Origin: Blasia pusilla
Lineage: Eukaryota
NCBI GenBank assembly: GCA_050084515.1
Contig: CM114271.1
Span: 18,166,001-18,230,000, forward strand
Length of the DNA: 64,000 nucleotides
Direction of reading: 5' to 3'
Under the pieces are notes generated by a model that worked only from the letters and a program-made list of their open reading frames with translations, did not search any database and was not told where the DNA came from. The number at the start of each line of letters is the position of its first letter. Positions within the stretch are counted from its first letter, which is position 1. A program made the position numbers and the translations under genes. This document shows positions 36,254 through 46,221 of the stretch, piece by piece.

Positions 36254-39200
36254 CTCTCAATCCTTCTCGTGCCCTTGGTTCACCCTTATCGTTCTCTATG
36301 TGATGTTCAAATTTCAAACAACCTTAAAGATCCTCCCTATATATATACTTCTAGACATCCCTATCCCCTCACTACATCTAAGGAAGTCCTCTTGGACAAC
36401 TCCTTGTGGCCCTCAGCCAATTGTTATGATAGTTTGGGGTGGTTTCTTGACCTCTTATTTATGCCATCTTATTTATCCCAAATGCATATTGGTTCTAGCC
36501 ATTATGACCTAAAACATGGAAACCCATAAACACTCAATCAAGTTCCAAGCCAGGTTACAATTCCCTTGATGCTCAATTCTTGTCGGACTTGAGGTCTTAT
36601 CAAGTCCCACTTGACTTATGGTCTCGCTCTACTAGGTCACAAACCCATCATCATAGATGCCCATCAAGGCTCTTTTATTTCTTTTGCAACTTATATCTTG
36701 CTCTTGAGTTTGTGACGTGATTTTATCACAATGTGAGCTTACTAGAGTTTTGATGTTCTACATTGGCATGCGTTTGGTTCAAAGGGTCGCAAAAGAGTAT
36801 ATAGGGCAATATATATGAATGAGATGTGGATCTTATATCCATGTCGATGAGATGTTAAATAAATAAAGATAGAGGCTATTAATAATATAGCCTCTATCTT
36901 TTAATAATATAGAGGCTATTTATTCAACAACACTTTTACGCTCATCATCAATCATTAGCCATTAAAATGGTTAATGAAGTCCGATAAACTTACATGGAAG
37001 CTTGGTAGGTGGGCTTTGTTACTATAGGAGTATGATTTCTAAGGTGGTTCATAGGCTAGGTCGACTAAACTAGGATGCACATGGATTGAGTTGCAACCAA
37101 TGTTCAAGTTAGGGAGACAAGATAAGAGCTTGATGGCACGGAGATTGAGAGTTATGAGGAGATGATATATATCAGGTTGACATGCATCTACCTTCCTATG
37201 TTGGTTAACTATGTCAAGTCAGCATAATTTAGCAATTCTAGTAGAGGGGTTGGATGGTGACTCTTTAGATCTAGACATGTGTGAGGAAGTTATGGATAGT
37301 CATTATATCCATGCTTGCTATGATGTCACAATATGAGGTTTTGGCATCATGGTGAGAACTTTGAGTGTTAGGGTAGAGGGGAGGGGGGGTATGAGATCCT
37401 ACTCAGAACCATCAAGTTCATGTGGGAAGGGGACACCAATTTTATGGGTGTGGGAGGATAGCGGAGTGTGGGTGGTGACTCATTCTTTCCCATGAGCATG
37501 CATCGTGTGACATGCCTATGCAATGTTGGGGCATTTTGGTGTAAAGTATACTTATAACTTACTATAGGTTTAGTATTGGTGGTATGGCATGCAGACCAAC
37601 ATTCAAGAGTTTGTACCTAGATACATGGTAGGAAAGGTTGACATCCTCATCCATTTTACACAGACCGATTAGGGGTCGTCCATTCCAATTATATACGGAT
37701 GGGAGCATGTTGGGTCTAGGAGCAATGCTCACTCAAAGTGATGATGAGGAGAGGGAGCTCCTTATGGCTTATTTGAGTCAATCAAACAACATTGCAGAGG
37801 CAAAGTCTATCTCCTACCAAGGAGAATGCTTGGCTCTAATGTGGGCCATGACACATTTTAGGTGTTATCTATTCAGAAACCCTTTTACTCTTATCATTAA
37901 TCATCAACCGTTGATGTGGTCAATGGAGTCCGACAAGCTTATGGGGAAGTTTCTAAGTGGGCTCTATTTCTATAGGAGTAAGATTTTGAGATGGTTCATA
38001 GGCAAGGTCAGTTGAACCATGATGCAGATGGGTTCAGTTGCAATCCATGCCGAGTCAGAGACACTACTCAGGAGTTCGACGGCATGAAGAGAGTGATGAG
38101 GAGATGGTGCTTGATTGGCACGCATCTACCTTTCATTGTTGGTTGACTATGTCAGTTCAACAACATATGATGACTTCAGTGGTGGGATCAAATGATGAGT
38201 CTCCAGATCTAGAGGTTAGTAACGAGGCGGCGCGTAGTCGTGATATCCATGATAATGTGGAGGTTGTGGAGTTCCTACCTGGTGTCATAGCGAGCATAAT
38301 GAGTGCTAGAGAGCAAGATCAGATCCTACAAAGAGCCAAGAGGTTCAGATGGGAGGGGACACACATTTTACGGATGTGGAGGGATGGTAGAGTACGAGTG
38401 ATGCCTCATCCTTCTCATAGAGCAGGTGTAGTGCGACATGCCTACAAGGAGTTGGGGCATTTTGGGGTAAGGCGTATTTACAACTTACTCCACATTCAGT
38501 ATTGGTGGCGCAGAATGCATATTGAGGTTCATAAGTTTGTAGCAAGGTGTATGGCGTGTGACTGAGTGTAAGCATCTTTCAATGCTCCCACTTCGTAGTT
38601 GCATTCTTTATCGATTATGGGGTTAGGTTATTGGTAGACGAGTCGGTGAATTCTAGACTTTGTGGGACCTTTTTCATTAACGAGGCATCACTATAGGTAT
38701 GTGTTGGTAATGGAGGAGCAAGTTATCCAAGTGGATTGAGTTGGTGGCACTACCAAACAAGGCAAGCAAGGGAGTGGCTTATGCATTTCTAGATTGTGTG
38801 CTCAGTCATTTTGGTGCACCGGAGGAGAAGTTAACTGACAAGAGTACCGAGTTTGGGAGAGAGTTCTAGGCCTTGTGTGATCGGGCGCTAATAGATCACC
38901 GCACCACATCTAGAGATCCTCTAGAGGCGGATGGATTGGCGGAGAAAGTAGAACAGATGGTGAAGAGAGGGTTACGCAAGTATGGCTTGCTACAAGGAGA
39001 TTTGAGGGAGTGGGATCTACAATGGCTATGGTTGGATGTGGGGTATCGCTTCAGTCGGCTAGCATCCTTGGCATTATTTTCATCATAATTTTTTCTCTAT
39101 GGGATAGAGTTGGATTTTCCTTTATCGATTCGATGAGACATGGCGAAGGTGTTGGATCTTGATGACCCAGATGTATGGGTGCAAGCATGTTCTAAGAGGG

Positions 39201-39540
39201 CACATATTTTTCATGAATTATGCCCATGGCATTTGAGAGCTTAGCTACAACTCAACATAGGGATACATTCAGGTATGCGATCCTTCGTGGAGGAGTTTAT
39301 CGTCCACAAATTAAGAGATTTCATTCTGGAGATTATGTGTATTTATAACAAACGGCACCCAAGATTGTAGATGTCACTACAAGACGCATATTTTTGGGTA
39401 TGCACGAGGTCTTGCCAACAGAGTCCTTAAGTTGGAGGGACTAGACGGTATGGTATGGTTAGGAAGGATCATATGCGCAACTGTGCACCATATCATCTTT
39501 CGAATGTGGATGGGAAAGTGGATTTGAGCTTGGCAGTGGT

Positions 39541-39697
39541 AGGTGCGGGCTTGAGGTGTATGTTGTGTAAATCTACAAGGGGTACAACCACCATGTTGGT
39601 GTGTAATGGTTCTTCTCCGGGATGAAATATATCGTGTCTGACCCTCCCTCTTGATGCGGTTTCCACAGGATGATGGTTATGTTCTAGTTGTGTATAG
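39541..39697 (+). pseudogene. PHD finger at the C-terminus of the Gypsy integrase (degenerate)
   Basis: Translates GAGLRCMLCKSTRGTTTMLVCNGSSPG*NISCLTLPLDAVSTG*WLCSSCV*, which fits the C4HC3 PHD pattern CxxC..MLxCDxCxxGWHxxCLxPPLxxVPxGxWxCPxC with decay. Confidence 0.8.
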
Positions 39698-41255
39698 GGT
39701 AGTAGGGCATGTCATGTACATGTGATGTATGCTATATGGAGATAGGGAGACTCTAGTGCTAACTAGGGGGGTGGTTGTGCAGTCTCGATGTACAAGCGTG
39801 CATGCATTTTTTTTATGTGTGGATCTATCAGTGTGTTGGGAAGATTGATGTTAAGCGGAGTGTAGATGTGACCAACGATGTGGATTTTGTAGTAATGTGT
39901 ATGCGTACAAAAACTATCAGATCTTAGTTAGCCCACATGTAGAGTTCTACTGCGTCGACGACTTAGAGGGTCAACAACCTATTTGGATGTAACATTGTCC
40001 TAAGATGTCGGATGAGGTTGGCTTCTGGCAACAATTCCGTTGCGTAAAGAACATTATTCCTGACGATTTCCCTATTTGGTGTTAGTTCGTAAGGTGACCC
40101 GTTAACCGAGTCAATGGTCACGCGGTAACTTGTGCATGCAGGTTATCAGTCGGATGGTTGGGGGAAGATCCTTTTGGTTCTTCCTAAGGCTATAAGAGAG
40201 GGAGAGATGGCTTTCCCAAGCTATCTTTCTCAAGTTGAGCCTTTGGAGCACTTCTCTTGCTTGTGTATGTAGAAATTAGGGTGCTAGCATTTAGATTCCC
40301 TCGTAGTGGAGGGTGGATGTGGATCGATATGTTGATGTAGATTCAAGGGTTGAGCCTTAGGCCGTGTGAATCGTTTATATTGTGATTTGTTTTTGTTCGG
40401 TCTCAATGTATATAAATAAGTGCATTTTGTTTATGTATGGATCTACATGTGTGGTGGAATGATCGATGTTGTATGGAATATAGATGTGATCAACAATGTG
40501 GATTGTGTAACAATGTGTATGCGCACGGAAAAAATACAAATACAACGTTACTTTTAATCCCACAATTTTTTAAATCCACGATTTTGGAACAAGTGATATG
40601 CTATTCAAAGAAAGCTACTAAAGAAAGTACCCCCACATTATAGTATAGATGCGATTAAGGGATGAGTTTGGCCTCACTACCAAAAAATTAGACCATTCTA
40701 TGAAGACACATTTCCCATAGCTCTCCCATCTTGAAATAAAAAGAGATGAGAGCACTTTCGAGTTCCCTTTTTGCACTAGCAGTCGAGATTGCACCATCTT
40801 CAACTTATGTGAAATGAAATAAAGTTTCATGAGCTTCTTTCTTCCTCCTTTTATATGGACTAGTAAGAATGCTCATGCAATGCACGAGCATCTAAATTTA
40901 CTATAGAACTCATGATAATATATTTTTAATTAATTCAAGAATCCTCCCTTGAATGGATGTAATGCTCAATCACTTAGTCTATTGCACCCCAAATCTGTAG
41001 CAACTCTCCCCTCCAATCGTACCCCAACTCCATTGATCTAAAACAAAATGCTTGCATGGTAGCTTCTACATGTGAAAAACAAATAGAACATCAATCCGAT
41101 AGTAGAGAGCTAGAAAATCCCCATTTCTTCAACATCCACCCTCCACTTCTTCAACATCCACCCTCCTCTCTCAACAAAGACCGATCACACTTCTCAATTG
41201 CAGATTTTGCTCCACCATCACACACAAATTAGGGACGTGAAACCAAGAAATTAGA

Positions 41256-41600
41256 TTGTTCAAGGCTCAAGAAGAGCTAGACTCCGTAGTGGGAAGCGAT
41301 CGTCTCGTGCAATGTTCAGACATATATCAACAACCTCCCACTATTGCAGCGGATTGTCAAGGTGTCACTATGCCTGCATCTCCCCGTCGCTCTTGGCCTC
41401 CCTCACTAAAACACAAAGGCTTGAAAAATCTCATATTACTTCATAGTTGTGGGGACCGTGATCTTCATCAATTTGTGGGCAATTTTTAGGGCTTCCAAAT
41501 CATGGGAAAACCCCCTAGAGTTCAACCCTGATTGATTTCTTGCTTATCTTGCTGCAAACAAATCTCCAAAGGGGACACATTTCGAGTTCCTGCCATATAT
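41256..41600 (+). pseudogene. Cytochrome P450 (CYP71-clan-like) internal fragment
   Basis: KAQEELDSVVGSDRLVQCSDI, a frameshift, then NNLPLLQRIVKVSLCLHLPVALGLPH*..GTVIFINLWAIFRASKSWENPLEFNPD*FL..KGTHFEFLPY. This covers the J/K helices and the PERF region and stops just before the heme Cys motif. Confidence 0.85.
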
Positions 41601-42231
41601 TACCCTTCTAGAGTGCAAGTGCATCTCATTTCACAAAAGAGGACTGCCGCTCTTGAAGGCGCCTTAGTTGGTTGATCCACGGAACTCCATGAGAAAGAGA
41701 TGAGTTGATGCACAAACATAAGAAGCGAGAGGGGGACAGAGGAATAATTTTATTCAATAGTGAGTGGTGCTCAATTGGGGATAGATCTACTCAGAGTATG
41801 GCACCATCGGTGCTTAGATGTACAAACTTGTGATTCTTGAGCACTAAACTGAGTTTGAAAACCATGGACGAAAATTGGAGGTGATTGATTGATATCATGA
41901 GATGAGTAGCAAAATGAATGTCTCAAGATCATTCGCAACATGTTTATCAGTTTTCCAGGTAGAAATCGGCCGGGCACAAGCCAAATCGGGTCGCGCCAGA
42001 TCAAGGTCTCGCCACTGCGAACGTGGGGACGCAGGATGTTGTTCATACGGCATTGCCGTCGTGCTAATGCCTAGCCGTCCCTTCCTTATCACCAATGCTT
42101 TGAATCACGTACTGGCCAACGTTAGTGATTGCAAAATGGTTTCTCAATGAGTGTCATCTCAACAACGTAGAGAATGCCCGGTGCATCACATAGAACCGAA
42201 AGAGGTTTCAAATTTCAATTTGTGGTAACTC

Positions 42232-42234
<3 letters not shown>

Positions 42235-42321
<87 letters not shown>
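42235..42321. repeat. (GA)n microsatellite
   Basis: Pure GA dinucleotide run of about 87 bp. Confidence 0.98.
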
Positions 42322-42325
<4 letters not shown>

Positions 42326-42440
42326 TTTTTAGTCCACGCGAAGCCGATCTGGCTTATGGGACCCCTTCCACATATGTGAAATTGACATCGCATCCGACAT
42401 GGCACCTTCACATCTAGATTTGGGGTTCTCACTCAAGAGA

Positions 42441-42700
42441 TTTTTTTTTTTTTTTTTTTTTTTGTGAAGGCTTGGAATTTTATCCAGATTTTTAACCTCG
42501 GCGCATAGTCAAGGCACACACATGAAAGGCACACAAGGCGTTCTCTCTCTCGAACATGGACCATCCATGTCCTAGGTAGGGACGCCACGCCTGGGTTGAC
42601 CCGCCCCACTTGCCCAAGGGGAGAGTTGAACCCAAGACCTCTTCAAGAGGACCTTATGTTTGTTCAGCTAACCTCTTGGTCATCTACCGCTTGATGATAA
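42441..42700 (-). mobile_element. tRNA-derived SINE-like element
   Basis: On the minus strand: box A-like TGACCAAGAGG (42682-42672), box B-like GGTTCAACTCT (42632-42622), an unrelated body, and a 23-nt poly(A) tail (T run 42441-42463 on +). Confidence 0.55.
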
Positions 42701-42954
42701 GCTCGTCTCCAGTTTTTAACTCTCTCTCTCTCTCTCACAAGTGTACATTTCAAATCACTACATTTGGAGGGGCTTCACTTCTTTGGGAGGGGGAAGTTAC
42801 CAAAAGAAGTAACCCCACCCCCACTCCTCACATTATAGTATAGATGCAAATGTTTCCTCCCACGCATATGACATAAGGATTCGACCACACATGTCTCTTA
42901 GTGTCAAAATAGCCCAAGAGAATCCCGCTCCGCTCTACACCATGGAAGCCAACC

Positions 42955-43168
42955 AATGATCCGGGAGATTCGGGGTTACAAGTATGGCTAGCCGATTAAA
43001 TTTGAGAATTTCCGATTGATTTTAAAGTTGCCTACGAAAACCGGCAGGAATTCGAGTAGGTCCTTGTTATTTTGTATCTCAAAATCGGTTCAAAATCCGG
43101 AATTACCGTTTCCGATTGGACATTTCCGGCGATGGACCGCGTCCTCCGAAAAAACTCCCCGAACCATG
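42955..43168 (+). repeat. Dispersed MITE-like repeat family copy
   Basis: Shares blocks with 3341-3473, 36029-36253 and 44630-44770. Confidence 0.7.
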
Positions 43169-44629
43169 AAGGCAACCTTTAGTGCTAAGCCTTTGGCTAC
43201 TTTCCATGACACCCAAACTTAAAAAACTACTAAATCTTTGAAAGGAACACCACATGTACCGCCTAAAACACTAAAGCTTTGGAAGAAACCCTAAAGTGCG
43301 ACTGCAAAAAGGGGACTCGCTCGTGCTGTCGGCTCTTTTGATTTCATTTACCTATGGGAGAGCTATGGGAGTGTGTCTTCAGATCATATCATCCCCTAAT
43401 TCTCCGCCAGCTTGACCTTCTTTTTGGGATGCGTCTCTCCAACGTTAATTTTTTTTTAAAGATGTGGTTTTATTCCATCTATTTCCATAAGGAAGCTACA
43501 TTACCCTAGGAGAGCTTTCAAACATGAAAAGCCATTCTAGGTTATATACCAACATAGATTGACGAAAATAAATATGGACTTAATTAAGTCAAAGGCGATG
43601 TGATGAGGAGCCTCTCTAAGACCTCGTCACCTCACTTCCAATTACCAAAATACCCCATAATCTTCCTTAAACAAGTCCACACTTTACCTTCCCTCCTAAC
43701 GCAAATAGAAGAAGCTAGAGGACGGATGGGAGTCATGGGACGAATCCCTCAAAAGGGATATACGACGGGTACCAAGATTCCAAACCACTTAATGGATAGA
43801 AAGAAATAAATCCATGAGGAAGATGCCATCCACTCGAATAGAAGATGGTGCAAAAAATAGGTACCTGGGAACCTAAACAAAGAATGAGAACAAACCCAAG
43901 AGGAAAATAGCAAGATAGCTTGAATAAGCACCATCTCACCGTCCTTATGAAGGAATGCAAACAAACCCGCATAAGACACCCCCGCAGAGAAAGACAAAAG
44001 GGAACTTTAAGTTACTTTAAATTGAAGGGATGAATGGAAAGAAAAAGAAACTCACGAGTAAGATACCGATGACTCGAAGATACCAACACCACTTTGCCAT
44101 CCGTATAAGGCTATGGGGATGGGGGTTTGGCACTCTGAGCCAAAGCCACTAGAAATCTTGGCGATATGTGAGGACATATCTTAAGTGCAAACATAAAGCA
44201 TCAGTCCTTTGAGACATTTTTGGGGGAAGAGGAGGGGCTCGACCTTAATAGAGGCCGGGAAAAATGAACAAAAGGGACTCAACGAGATGGAGAGATATTA
44301 AGTGCATCACTAGAAAATTTCCGATTAGGAAATTAGAATGACTTTTGTCAAATCTTCGTATCCGGAGAATAGGGAACATGTCCCGATACATCTTAAAATG
44401 GAAATCTTTACTGCCCCTACATACATTCGGTGTTTTTTTTTTTTTCTTCTTCATTATCTAACCTATCCACGGTACTTTACACTAGTTTAATAACTACTTC
44501 CCCTCTCAAATTCCCCTCCCCGCTCCCTTCTCAAGGCCGCACACTTAGGTTAGAGGTAATTTAGAGGTAAGTTTCTCATTCTTAAAAACTTCCTCAATAT
44601 GGACATCCCTAACAATACCAATAAAATTA

Positions 44630-44770
44630 ACCGGTTAAAATTGAAAATTACCGATTGTTTAAAAGTTGCCTACGAAAAACCGGTTCTTCGTATTTCGTAT
44701 CTGAAAACCGGTTGAGAAACCGGAATGACGGTTTCCCGGCAATGGAGCGAAAAAACTCCCGGAACCGTGA
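44630..44770 (+). repeat. Dispersed MITE-like repeat family copy
   Basis: ccgattg..aaagttgcctacgaaaaaccgg..gtatct..aaaaactcccggaacc matches 43012-43166. Confidence 0.65.
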
Positions 44771-46221
44771 TCCGTGATACGCGAAGGCCCTCCCGTCCCA
44801 GTGTAGGAGAAAGACGTGCAAAAGGCATCCGAGAATGGTCCTCAAACGAATTCTGTCGATTCCGTACCCCTCAGATGAGCTGATACGAATTCCTTTCTCG
44901 TGAACCGAGACTCTGCGTCCCGAGGTCACCATCTTCCGTTCTTCCTCCCCTCCCTCCGCTGCGGTCCGCCATCGGCCCTGGAGGATCACACCGAGCGCAC
45001 CGAACACATCCCCGTAAAGTGTCCCTGGTAGAGGGAGGTGGACGCGCTGGCAACTCGGAACAGGACGAACTCGTTTGGGGGCGTGTACAGCAGGAGTTCC
45101 GTCCTGCTGGTAAGTTCATATGGGTCCAGAGCACAGGGACCTGCCGCTGCCCATCACAACGAACAACAATGGCTTGTTTTTTGTCGTCCTGTGCTCCTTC
45201 TTTCTTCAGCTTCCGGCATCGGGCGGCAGCAGGCGATCGCCGGCCTACACGTAGTCGGGTAATTCGAGGACTTTCGACGGCTTGGATTTTGCACTCTCCG
45301 CGGAAGCATCGCGCAGGCCGCAACACCTGGAGCCGGAAGCCTCCTCCGCATAGGTCTGCGTGAAATGCATCCAGACGAACTGTTAATAGTAAGTGTAGGG
45401 AGGTCCGGGACAGCTTCGTCTGCCGCAGTTCACTGCGGTGGGGTGCGTAATCCGTTGTGAGTTCTGATATCGGGAAATCGCCGTGCGTCACGGTCGCGTG
45501 GGATTTTGGCCGATGCATGCGGAGTAAATGAGTCGCGCCTGGAGGATATGTACAGTGTCACCCTCCGAAGCTTCCGCGGTGCACACGGGTAGGTCACAAA
45601 TTGCTAGCATTTGTAGGTGGAGTTCACGAGACAAATCTGACTTAGACCCGCGTATGAACGTAGAGTGAAATGGATCGCTCCGGCTCTTTTAATAGTCATG
45701 TGAAGTGCTGGGGTCGTACACAGCAGTGGCTGGCGCCCGGCTTTGAATGGCTGCATGAGGATCTGGATGCCAGGGCATAGCTTTTCGTGGAAGGAGACAG
45801 GGTTGAGATCTCGCCATCGACTCATTTCAATTCCGAAGGCTCTCTTTTTTGGCACTTACATACATGGACGTGTGGGCAGACTCGAAAGTTGAGACGCTCC
45901 AGTCTTGCACGAGTGAGAAGGATGGAAGCGAAAACCACAATAATCGACACAGAGATGCCCAATTACACAGCAATTTATAGCGATTGTCCCACAACTCGAT
46001 TCTGTACATATTTCACAGTTCTCTCAAGGGAATCAGGGGTCCCCAGATCCCTAGTCCTGGTATGCGCCTTGAGACAGTGGTAGTACACTATGCCACCTCA
46101 AGCAACCTGGAAATTATACGTAATGATCTGCTCCTGCGGCAGATACCTGAGAATCGCTCAAAAACCATCGAGACGTTTTGTTTTGACTACGACGCATTAA
46201 ATTGCAAGGGCGTCGGGTAAG

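Larger units (their letters stand above)
35000..40535 (+). mobile_element. Degenerate Ty3/Gypsy retrotransposon relic: RT remnant, two RNase H/integrase-linker copies, integrase, C-terminal PHD finger, PPT and 3' LTR
   Basis: RT remnant MCGDYRPIN..IPTAKEIFDVIG (about 35155-35270) and HLGKCKF (about 35550). RNase H RPFQLYTD..GLGAML..YQGECLALMWAMTHFRCYLFRNPFTLIINHQPL (37638-38015). Integrase HAYKELGHFGVRR..YWW..CMACD, LDFVGP and DHRTTSRDPLEADGLAEK. PHD at 39556-39697. Polypurine tract AGGGGGGTGG at 39765-39774, then TGT at 39776. Confidence 0.88.
40860..42844 (-). mobile_element. Non-autonomous Helitron (about 2 kb)
   Basis: The minus strand starts A|TCTATACTATAATG at 42844. It ends with the hairpin TGCTCGTGCATTGCATGAGCA (40890-40870) followed by CTAG|T at 40860. 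This gives a TC 5' end, a CTAG 3' end, an A^T target and no TSD. Confidence 0.75.

Noticed and set aside
43680-44010. Additional CRE-like RT fragment
   Set aside because: Only a faint LPHGF..GIL resemblance across frames, too weak to call without an alignment.
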